Of a stretch of 42,314 nucleotides of DNA, positions 29,875 through 37,299 are shown one piece after another. The notes below the pieces were generated by a model, which searched no databases, had not been told where the DNA came from, and worked only from the letters and a program-made list of their open reading frames with translations. Source of the DNA: Methanobacteriota archaeon (GTDB lineage Archaea; Hydrothermarchaeota; Hydrothermarchaeia; Hydrothermarchaeales; BMS3B); NCBI GenBank assembly GCA_013152685.1, contig JAADFX010000121.1:1-42314 (forward strand), read 5' to 3'. Position 1 is the first letter of the stretch. Each line of letters starts with the position of its first letter. The translations under genes were made by a program, and so were the position numbers.

Positions 29875-30651
29875 TTAGCACACCTCACCCTCGGCGAAGC
29901 CCTGCCGCAGGTGGGTTATCCTCACCCTCACCTCATCCCCCCTCCGGGCGCCTCTTACGAATACCCTTGTCCCCTTTATGCGGGCTATTCCGTCTCCCCT
30001 CCGACTCTCCCCGGCGATCTTCACCCGGTACACCTCACCCCTCCTGAGCCTGGAGAACCCCCTGCCTATCAGGTACACCTCGGCACTTTCACTGCGGCTC
30101 GCTCTGGGCTTGGTGAGCTTAACATAGCCGAAGCACCCCCTAACCCTCTCCACCAGGCTCTGCAGGAGCTCCCCCTGGAAGACCTTCAGAAGCAGATTGC
30201 CCCCCGGCACCAGGTGCTCCTCTGCAATCTCCAGTGCGAGTTCGCAGAGCTCAATACTCCTGGCGTGGTCTACGTCCCAGATGCCGCTTATGTCTGGAGA
30301 CGCGTCGCTTATCAGGGCATCGCACTCGGGTATGAGCTCCCTGAGCCTCTCCCTGACCTCGGTGCTCCTGAAGTCGCCCCTGAGCAGCACCACATTTTCG
30401 TATTCCAGGGGCTCCACCGCCTGGAGGTCAACCCCCACCACAAGCCCAGAGTCGCCCACAGCCTCCGCGGCAACCTGGGTCCACCCGCCTGGGGCGCACC
30501 CCAGCTCTATCACCCTGTAGCCGGGCCTGAGGATTCCAAAGCGGCGGTTGAGCTGGAGCAGCTTGTACGCCGCCCTGGAGCGGTAGTGCTCCTTCTTCGC
30601 CCTCCTGTAGTAGTAGTCCCTCTTTCTCTCCTTCAGCCAGCGCTTTCCCAT
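29875..30651 (-). CDS. rlmE: 23S rRNA 2'-O-ribose methyltransferase RlmE/FtsJ fused to a C-terminal TRAM domain
   Basis: MGKRWLKERKRDYYYRRAKKEHYRSRAAYKLLQLNRRF...VIELGCAPGGWTQV...DVLISDASPDISG (FtsJ SAM-MTase motifs). C-terminal GEVYRVKIAGESRRGDGIARIKGTRVFVRGARRGDEVRVRI is the TRAM domain. Start taken at ATG 30651 (typical MGK... N-terminus), not the track's 30729. Confidence 0.85.
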   Translation of the reverse strand: MGKRWLKERKRDYYYRRAKKEHYRSRAAYKLLQLNRRFGILRPGYRVIELGCAPGGWTQVAAEAVGDSGLVVGVDLQAVEPLEYENVVLLRGDFRSTEVRERLRELIPECDALISDASPDISGIWDVDHARSIELCELALEIAEEHLVPGGNLLLKVFQGELLQSLVERVRGCFGYVKLTKPRASRSESAEVYLIGRGFSRLRRGEVYRVKIAGESRRGDGIARIKGTRVFVRGARRGDEVRVRITHLRQGFAEGEVC

Positions 30652-30691
30652 ATTCCCACGCACAACGTTAATCATCGCGGGTATTATTGAA

Positions 30692-31525
30692 ATGGAATGC
30701 CTCCTATACCTGGGCTGCATGGTGTACAACCGCTTCCCCGACTATGAGATTGCCGCCAGGGCGGTGCTCGCGAGGCTGGGGATAGAGGCCAGGGACTTCC
30801 ACGATTTCGCCTGCTGCTCCTCCACCTTCCTTCCCTCTGTCAGTGATGAGTGGCTCTACCTGGCGAGCTACAACCTGGCTCTGGCAGAGAGGAGGGGGAT
30901 GGACATAGTGTCCCTGTGCGGTACCTGCACGGGAATGCTCAGGAGGGCCCTGCGGGAGCTCCGGGACGGTGAGGTCAGGGACAGGGTGAACTCCAGGCTC
31001 GCGGAGGTGGGGCTGGAGGTTGCCGGCAGCGCTGGGGTTGCCCACCTGATTGAGGTGCTGATACAGCACAGGGAGAAGGTGGAGCGGGAGGTGAGCACCC
31101 CCCTTAAGCTCAGGGTAGCGCTGCAGCACCCCTGCAACGTCTTTCGTCCCGCAGAGCTTGCCGGGTTTGACGACCCCTGGCGGCCCAGAGCCATGCGCGA
31201 GCTTGCTGAACTCACAGGCGCGGAGGTGGTGGACTACCCCCTGGAGTACGAGTGCTGCGGCTCCACACTGCTCCTGACCTCGGAGGAGATGGGGATATCC
31301 TCGGGCGCGGACAAGCTCCTCTCGGCGCGGGAGGCGGGCGCTCAGGCGATGGTGGTCTCCTGCGGCAACTGCGCCTACCTCTTTGACAGGCACCTGCAGG
31401 AGATAAGGGCAAGGAGGGCGGAGGCGGAGCTGCCCACCCTCTTCCTGCCCCAGCTTCTGGGGCTATCCTTCGGCATCTCCGCCAGGGAGCTTGGCCTGGA
31501 CATAAGGGGGGTTGAGCTTGGGTGA
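30692..31525 (+). CDS. hdrB: Heterodisulfide reductase subunit B-like protein (two CCG domains)
   Basis: FHDFACCSSTFLP...SLCGTC and LQHPCNV...EYECCGSTLLL...VVSCGNC fit the duplicated CCG cysteine motif. Confidence 0.8.
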   Translation: MECLLYLGCMVYNRFPDYEIAARAVLARLGIEARDFHDFACCSSTFLPSVSDEWLYLASYNLALAERRGMDIVSLCGTCTGMLRRALRELRDGEVRDRVNSRLAEVGLEVAGSAGVAHLIEVLIQHREKVEREVSTPLKLRVALQHPCNVFRPAELAGFDDPWRPRAMRELAELTGAEVVDYPLEYECCGSTLLLTSEEMGISSGADKLLSAREAGAQAMVVSCGNCAYLFDRHLQEIRARRAEAELPTLFLPQLLGLSFGISARELGLDIRGVELG

Positions 31526-31874
31526 GTGCACCCGCTGCGGCGCCTGCGTCAGGGTGTGCATCGCCGCCAGGAGGGGCACACCAACGGGTGCGAGTGTTCT
31601 GGAGAGGGAGGACCCCTTCACCTGCGCCGGCTGCTGGAAGTGCGTTGAGGCCTGCCCCGAGGGCGTTGACATCTACGCCCTGATGCTGGAGGCCCGCCGC
31701 CGGGGACGGCTGCCCGAAAGCTTCAGCTTCGCCCTGAGGAACATCCTGGACACCGGCTACTCCATGCCTGTGCGCGGCGTCAACGCCATAAGGGAGATGT
31801 ACGGCCTCCCGCCAATAAGGAGGGTCAAGCCCGAGGTCGTCAGGAAGCTCCTGCGGGACGTGAAGCCCGGGTAG
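31512..31874 (+). CDS. hdrC: Heterodisulfide reductase subunit C-like 2x[4Fe-4S] ferredoxin
   Basis: CTRCGACVRVC and CAGCWKCVEACP (CxxCxxCxxxC(P) twice). TTG start overlaps the hdrB 3' end by 14 nt. Confidence 0.7.
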   Translation: MSLGECTRCGACVRVCIAARRGTPTGASVLEREDPFTCAGCWKCVEACPEGVDIYALMLEARRRGRLPESFSFALRNILDTGYSMPVRGVNAIREMYGLPPIRRVKPEVVRKLLRDVKPG

Positions 31875-31875
31875 C

Positions 31876-32082
31876 TCAGGGCTCACCGGAGCCCCTCACC
31901 AGCTCCATTGCCTCCTCAACCAGCCTCCTGTGGCGCTCCTCAGACTTGATCAGCTCGCCTATGAACCTCTTCAGCTCCTCGTCCTCCAGCTCGTCAAACA
32001 GCTCCTGGTACACGTCCCTGGCGTTTTTCTCAATTTCGGCAAGGTTCTGAAGCACACCCAGTACAACTTCCCTAGAACTCAT
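31876..32082 (-). CDS. Small two-helix protein, half-ferritin/rubrerythrin-like
   Basis: MSSREVVLGVLQNLAEIEKNARDVYQELF...LKRFIGELIKSEERHRRLV fits A-E-x-E-x-x-A-x-x-x-Y on helix 1 and E-x-x-H on helix 2. ATG 32082 is preceded by GGAGG. The track's upstream start 32118 would overlap the neighbour more. Confidence 0.5.
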   Translation of the reverse strand: MSSREVVLGVLQNLAEIEKNARDVYQELFDELEDEELKRFIGELIKSEERHRRLVEEAMELVRGSGEP

Positions 32083-32311
32083 CCTTTGCCTCCATTTTGA
32101 GTCTGTTGACAACTCCAACTATCGCCTTCTTGTGCCCCTCTGACTCTCTCCTTATAATCTCGGCGATTTCCAGGATCCTCTGCCTGTGCTCCTCCTCCAG
32201 GTCGCTCCTGTTGAGCAGCTTAATCAGGGAGCGGGTTATGAGCTTTACCCCCTCGTCCTCGAGCTCCGCAATATTCTCTAACCTTCTTATCAGCTTCTGC
32301 TTCGGAATCAT
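32072..32311 (-). CDS. Small two-helix protein, diverged paralog of 31876..32082
   Basis: MIPKQKLIRRLENIAELEDEGVKLITRSL...ILEIAEIIRRESEGHKKAIV has the same helix-loop-helix layout, but ESEGH replaces a clean ExxH. Confidence 0.5.
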   Translation of the reverse strand: MIPKQKLIRRLENIAELEDEGVKLITRSLIKLLNRSDLEEEHRQRILEIAEIIRRESEGHKKAIVGVVNRLKMEAKDEF

Positions 32312-32337
32312 CTTCTCCCCACCGGAATCTACAAGTA

Positions 32338-32370
32338 AGTATATAAAAGGTTGTTGAACCTTTATATACT
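32338..32370. promoter_or_regulatory. Palindromic bidirectional promoter (agtatataaaaggtt-gttg-aacctttatatact)
   Basis: Near-perfect 14/15-nt inverted repeat with one TATA box per arm. Each TATA is ~25-30 nt from the ATG it faces (32311 on - and 32390 on +), implying leaderless transcripts. Confidence 0.5.
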
Positions 32371-32389
32371 TTGCTTTTCATAGCTTAAA

Positions 32390-33619
32390 ATGATGGTTGA
32401 CACAGAATTTATAAAAATGCTTCTTATCTCTGCTCTTGTGGGCGGTCTTCTCGGCGTGGAGAGGGAGCTGAAGGTTCAGGTTATCGCAGGCACGCGCACC
32501 TTCATGCTGGTCTCCATTACAGGCACCCTGAGCGTCTATCTTGCCGCGCAGCTGGGCGTTGAGCTGGTGGTGAGCATCGCGACCCTCGGGGTGGTGCTCC
32601 TGGTCCTGCTGCTGGGGGTAATCAAGAACTTCAGGACCTTTGATGTGGGAATAACCACGCCCGTCGCCTTCTTCCTGGCGTACCTCATAGGGGTACTGGT
32701 GGGCCTCGGGCTGTACATCGAGGCGGTTACCGCCAGCATCCTGGTCACCAGCATCCTGGTGTTCAAGAAGTACACCACCATCCTCTCAGAGGCGCTGGGA
32801 CACGAGGAGATGCGCTCCGCCATGGAGTTCGGGTTAATCGCCTTTGTGCTCTACCCCGTGGCGCCCGACTATGCGGTCGACCCCCTGGGAATTCTGAATC
32901 CCAGGCACCTCCTGCTGGCGGTGATAGTGGTCTCCACCACAGGCTTTGCCGGCTTTCTTGTGCTCAGGTTCCTGGGCTCGGAGCTCAGCTCCGCGGTGGC
33001 CGGAGCCATGGGCGGCCTGGTAAGCCTGCGCGCAACAGTGGGCACCTTCTCCCGGGAGGCCTCCAGGCGGGGAGAGATCGCACGGGACGCCCTGGGTGGA
33101 ATGCTCCTGTCCTGCTCCTCTGGCGTGCTGCGCAGCCTGCTCCTTGCCGGCCTGCTGAGCGTTGACCTTCTCAGGCAGCTGTGGCTTCCTGCAGGTGTGA
33201 TGGCTGCCGTCACCGCGGCGGCGGTGCTCCTGCCCGGCAGGAGCGGGACGAAGGGCGCGGTTGAGCTGCCCCTGCGCTCACCCTTTGCGATTCTGCCCAG
33301 TCTGCGCTTTGCCCTCCTTTTCTCTGCGGTCGCGGCCGTGGCGGGGTATCCCGGGACGCCCCAGTGGGGCGTCTATATCGCCTCCCTCATCGGCGGCGGC
33401 CTGGGGGCGGCTGCGACGGTGGGCGCCCTCGCCTCCCTGGTGGAGCTCGATCTGCTAGAGCCCTCGGCCGCCGCTCCTGCCGCCCTGCTCGCCCTTGTGG
33501 GCGGCGGCATGGCAGCCGCCCGCACTGCGCTTCTCGGGAACCGGAGGCTGGGGGTGCAGTACTCAGCTGGGGTGCTCCTGGGCGCCGCCGCCGGCTTCGC
33601 CGCCCTGCTGCTGGCGTAG
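32390..33619 (+). CDS. MgtC/SapB-family membrane protein with DUF4010-type C-terminal extension
   Basis: N-terminal ALVGGLLGVERE motif typical of MgtC. About 10 hydrophobic helices over 409 aa. Confidence 0.7.
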   Translation: MMVDTEFIKMLLISALVGGLLGVERELKVQVIAGTRTFMLVSITGTLSVYLAAQLGVELVVSIATLGVVLLVLLLGVIKNFRTFDVGITTPVAFFLAYLIGVLVGLGLYIEAVTASILVTSILVFKKYTTILSEALGHEEMRSAMEFGLIAFVLYPVAPDYAVDPLGILNPRHLLLAVIVVSTTGFAGFLVLRFLGSELSSAVAGAMGGLVSLRATVGTFSREASRRGEIARDALGGMLLSCSSGVLRSLLLAGLLSVDLLRQLWLPAGVMAAVTAAAVLLPGRSGTKGAVELPLRSPFAILPSLRFALLFSAVAAVAGYPGTPQWGVYIASLIGGGLGAAATVGALASLVELDLLEPSAAAPAALLALVGGGMAAARTALLGNRRLGVQYSAGVLLGAAAGFAALLLA

Positions 33620-33659
33620 CAACCTTACCATTGTTAAGAATCGCCTCTTCATCGGAGAA

Positions 33660-34739
33660 ATGCGCGAAACTGGTGATGTTGAGGAGCAGGTGAGGCTGAA
33701 CTGCGAGATAAGCAACGCCAACTTCTGGGGGATATACTCCATCTGTGGCCTCCTGATGCGGCTTCGCAGCCTCTACAGGTTTGAGCACTCCATGAAGCCC
33801 TGGGAGAGGATAGACTCCGCAGGGCTGATGGAGTGGATAGGCGCCAAGGAGAGGCTCTGGCAGTCCCTCAGGGGAAGGGAGATTGAGCCGCTGCGCATTG
33901 GAGGCAGAGCCATAGACGCCTTCGACGTCGCAGAGGTGGAGAGGCACCTGCCCGCGAAGCTGTGCTACGGCGCAGGCTACGCCACGGCGATGAAGCCCAG
34001 CTTCTTCCTGGGCGAGCTGGCGGAGCGCCGCGTGGAGCAGGGATTTGCGGTTTACGTGGTGGAGCGCGAGCGCGTGCGCGACCTGCTTGCTGTGCCGGCG
34101 ATGCAGCAGGGGAGGAGGATATACCTGCGGATGCAGGTGTTCAGGGAGTACCTCTGGGATAAGGTGGAGGAGCTACGAATGGGAGGCGCAAGCCAGGCGC
34201 TGAGGGAGGCCTTTGCCCACTGCGGCGTGCCCGAGGAGCAGCTGCGCAGCGGCGGCGAGGAGCTTGCTCAGGCGGTGGAGCGCATAGCCAGGGAGGAGAG
34301 CTACACCCTCATCGCCCACGAGCTGGGCGAGGCGCTTGAGGACGAGTTCCCCGAGGAGCTGTGGCACGAGCTCGCCTCACGCTCACCCTTCCTGGAGCGC
34401 CTGGTGCGCGGGCTCAGGGACATCCTCGCAGACACCCACGAGAGGGGCATGCTCTCTGCAATTGTCGCACGGCAGCGAATCGCCTCCCTCGCCTTCTACG
34501 TGGCGTCCCTGAGCGGTTTCAGGAGGGAGCTCTTCCCGGAGGTCAGGGAGGCCTATGAGGAGGCGAAGAGGGGCAGGTGGGGCGCCGTCGAGGAGGCTGC
34601 CCGCAGGGCGAGGGAGAGGGTGCTTGGGAGCATACGCACCCTCCAGGAGATAACCAGCAGTGCCGGAGACAGGGACGAGCTCTGGCTGAGGAGGAGGGTT
34701 CAGAAGGAGCTGCTCCAGCCCCTGGGGATAAATTTATAA
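33660..34739 (+). CDS. Conserved-looking soluble helical protein, function unknown
   Basis: Start moved from the track's 33495 (overlaps the MgtC gene) to ATG 33660. GC3-rich frame. No motif I can name. Confidence 0.6.
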   Translation: MRETGDVEEQVRLNCEISNANFWGIYSICGLLMRLRSLYRFEHSMKPWERIDSAGLMEWIGAKERLWQSLRGREIEPLRIGGRAIDAFDVAEVERHLPAKLCYGAGYATAMKPSFFLGELAERRVEQGFAVYVVERERVRDLLAVPAMQQGRRIYLRMQVFREYLWDKVEELRMGGASQALREAFAHCGVPEEQLRSGGEELAQAVERIAREESYTLIAHELGEALEDEFPEELWHELASRSPFLERLVRGLRDILADTHERGMLSAIVARQRIASLAFYVASLSGFRRELFPEVREAYEEAKRGRWGAVEEAARRARERVLGSIRTLQEITSSAGDRDELWLRRRVQKELLQPLGINL

Positions 34740-34797
34740 ACCCCTTCGCCCAAAAATATGATGCCCAAAAAAACCGAAAGGACGGGATAGATAAGGA

Positions 34798-35103
34798 ATG
34801 GAGATCTGCTCTGTTTGTGGCTTACCAGAGGATCTGTGCATCTGTGAAGAGATTGCAAGGGAGACCCAGAAAATCACCATATCCCTAGCCAAGCGTAAGT
34901 TCGGCAAGTCGATGACAGTGGTAGAGGGGATAAGCGAGAAGTCTATTAACATCGCCGACCTGGCAAAGAAGCTCAAGGGCGAGCTCGCCTGCGGGGGCAC
35001 CGTCAAGGACGGCAGGATAGAGCTCCAGGGCGACCACCGGCAGCGCGTGAAGGAGTTTCTGATAAAGCACGGCTACTCCGAGGAGCTTATTGAGGTGAAG
35101 TAG
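34798..35103 (+). CDS. sui1: Translation initiation factor aSUI1 (eIF1 homolog)
   Basis: [18 protein letters not shown]...[18 protein letters not shown]...[34 protein letters not shown] is the classic archaeal SUI1 sequence. Confidence 0.9.
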   Translation: MEICSVCGLPEDLCICEEIARETQKITISLAKRKFGKSMTVVEGISEKSINIADLAKKLKGELACGGTVKDGRIELQGDHRQRVKEFLIKHGYSEELIEVK

Positions 35104-35107
35104 CGCC

Positions 35108-35608
35108 TTGCATGCGAAGCAGGTTATTGAGGCTGCGCTTTTTGTCTCCTCTGAGCCGGTGTCGGTGGACAAGCTGGCGGAGATTTCAGGAAAAACCCGC
35201 GATGAGGTTCGCGCCCTTGTGGAGGAGCTGCGCAGTGACTACGCCTCGCGCGACAGTGCCATTGAGATTCGCAGCATAGGCGAGGACCACTACCTGATGC
35301 AGGCGAAGGAGGCGCTCTCGGGCCTGCTCATAGAGCTGGTGAAGCCGGCAGTTGCCCAGGACGTGCTGAAGACTCTTTCGCTAATAGCGCTCAGGCAGCC
35401 CATCACCCAGGCGGAGGTGGTCAAGGCGAGGGGCAGCTCCGCCTATGCGCACATCAGGGAGCTCATCGCCAAGGGCTTCGTCGCAGCTGCGCCGGCGGGG
35501 AGGACGAAGATGCTTACCACTACAGAGAAGTTCTCCGATTACTTCGGCTTCAGCAGGGACATCGCGGAGGTTAAGAAGCAGATAGGCAGACTGCTCATGA
35601 AGCGCTGA
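35108..35608 (+). CDS. scpB: Segregation and condensation protein B
   Basis: QVIEAALFVSSEPVSVDKLAEISG...(winged helix 1) and TLSLIALRQPITQAEVVKARG (winged helix 2). TTG start 4 nt after the SUI1 stop. Confidence 0.8.
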   Translation: MHAKQVIEAALFVSSEPVSVDKLAEISGKTRDEVRALVEELRSDYASRDSAIEIRSIGEDHYLMQAKEALSGLLIELVKPAVAQDVLKTLSLIALRQPITQAEVVKARGSSAYAHIRELIAKGFVAAAPAGRTKMLTTTEKFSDYFGFSRDIAEVKKQIGRLLMKR

Positions 35609-35771
35609 GCTTCTGCCTGAGCCTGAGCACCTGCTTCTTCAGCTGCTCGCTCTCCCTGCGCAGGCTGAAGATTTCCCTCTCCAGCGACCTGACCTTCAGG
35701 TAGTGGTAGGCGTTCAGCAGCAGCAGAGCGGCGGTTATTGCGTACAGCGCAAACAAAACTGAACCCGCCAT
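35595..35771 (-). CDS. Unlisted 58-aa ORF: N-terminal TM helix plus short coiled coil
   Basis: Below the track's size cut-off. MAGSVLFALYAITAALLLLNAYHYLKVRSLEREIFSLRRESEQLKKQVLRLRQKLSAS. AGGGGTG sits upstream of the ATG, and an AT-rich stretch (tattttaatg) lies further upstream. Confidence 0.35.
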   Translation of the reverse strand: MAGSVLFALYAITAALLLLNAYHYLKVRSLEREIFSLRRESEQLKKQVLRLRQKLSAS

Positions 35772-35851
35772 AGGTACACCCCTTCTTTTAAGACTGAGAA
35801 GCGTAACATTAAAATAGGAATTCGTCCATAGTGTGCTCGCCCGGTGATTTC

Positions 35852-37222
35852 ATGAGGTGCGATGTTGCAATTATCGGCGCCGGTCCTGCAGGGCTGTTCG
35901 CAGCCTATGAGCTCGCCGAAAGGAGCCGCCTCAGTGTAGTGGTCATAGACATGGGGAAGGACGTGGACAGGCGCACCTGCCCCATGGAGAAGACGGGGGT
36001 GTGCGTGAACTGCAAGCCCTGCAACGTAATGAGCGGCGTGGGCGGGGCAGGAGGGCTGAGCGACGGCACCCTGAATCTGCGCCCCGATATAGGCGGCAAC
36101 CTGTACGAGTTCCTCACCGAGAGCGAGGCCTGGGAGCTCATCCGCTACGTGGATGCGATATACGTGAAGCACGGCACGCCGGAGAAGCTTTACGAGGCCA
36201 CGAGCGAAGAGGAGGAGGAGCTCTCCCGCAAGGCGGCGAGCGCGGGGATAGAGTTTGTGCAGATACCCCAGAGGCACATCGGAAGCGACCACACGCCAGA
36301 GGTGATTAAAAGCATCGCCCGGCACCTGCGAAGTAAGGGGGTGAAGTTCCTCCTGGAAACCCGGGTGGAGGAGATAACACCGGAGCTTGAGCTCAGGCTG
36401 TCGAGCGGCGAGAGGCTTAAGCCCAAGTACGTCATCGCCGCCCCCGGGAGGAGCGGCGCGCCCTGGATGGTGAAGCAGGCGCAGAAGCTGGGGCTGAAGA
36501 TACGCCACGGCCCAATTGACGTGGGGGTGCGCGTCGAGGTGCCGGCGGTTATCATGGAGCCGGTGTGCAGGATTAACAGAGACCCCAAGTTCCACATTAT
36601 AACCAAAACCTATGACGACTTCGTCAGAACCTTCTGCGTGAACCACCGCGGGTTCATGGTGAAGGAGAGCTACAAGGGCTACGTGGGCGTAAACGGTCAC
36701 TCCCTGAGGGATAAGCAGAGCAACAACACCAACTTCGCCTTCCTCACCAGGATAGAGCTTACGGAGCCGGTTGAGAACTCCACGGAGTACGGGGAGAGCA
36801 TCGCCAAGACCGCCACCACCCTGGGAGGGGGCAACCCGCTGATTCAGCGTCTCGGGGACCTGCGCAGGGGGAGGCGCTCCACCTGGAAGCGCATAGACTC
36901 CGGCCTTGTGAAGCCGACCCTCAGGGCGGTTACTCCGGGGGACATCGCCATGGTGATGCCCCACCGCATAGTAACCAACATCCTCGAGGGTCTGGAGCGC
37001 CTGGACAAGGTGATCCCCGGCGTGGCGAGCGACTCTACGCTGCTCTACGCGCCCGAGATAAAGTACTACGCGATGCGCGTGGAGGTGGACAAGAGCATGG
37101 AGACCAGCATCCCCAACCTCTTCGTCGCGGGCGACGGCGTGGGAGTTTCCAGGGGCATAGTCATAGCCTCCGCCACGGGGATACTCGCCGCCAGGGGGAT
37201 AATGGCGAAGGAGGGCGCCTGA
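35852..37222 (+). CDS. FAD-dependent oxidoreductase (COG2509-like)
   Basis: MRCDVAIIGAGPAGLFAAYELA (GxGxxG Rossmann) and GVGGAGGLSDGTLNL. Start taken at ATG 35852. Confidence 0.8.
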   Translation: MRCDVAIIGAGPAGLFAAYELAERSRLSVVVIDMGKDVDRRTCPMEKTGVCVNCKPCNVMSGVGGAGGLSDGTLNLRPDIGGNLYEFLTESEAWELIRYVDAIYVKHGTPEKLYEATSEEEEELSRKAASAGIEFVQIPQRHIGSDHTPEVIKSIARHLRSKGVKFLLETRVEEITPELELRLSSGERLKPKYVIAAPGRSGAPWMVKQAQKLGLKIRHGPIDVGVRVEVPAVIMEPVCRINRDPKFHIITKTYDDFVRTFCVNHRGFMVKESYKGYVGVNGHSLRDKQSNNTNFAFLTRIELTEPVENSTEYGESIAKTATTLGGGNPLIQRLGDLRRGRRSTWKRIDSGLVKPTLRAVTPGDIAMVMPHRIVTNILEGLERLDKVIPGVASDSTLLYAPEIKYYAMRVEVDKSMETSIPNLFVAGDGVGVSRGIVIASATGILAARGIMAKEGA

Positions 37223-37299
37223 CGGGAGGAGTGAGGGCACAGCTGCGCGGGGCAAAAGTAAAATAGGGCGGCGGGAGATACTTCGCATCAGGTGGTTGG

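Noticed and set aside
35735-37288. 517-aa ORF on the minus strand
   Set aside because: It is antisense to the FAD-dependent oxidoreductase, which has a clear GxGxxG Rossmann motif. Its R/G/P/H-rich composition marks it as an artefact of high GC.
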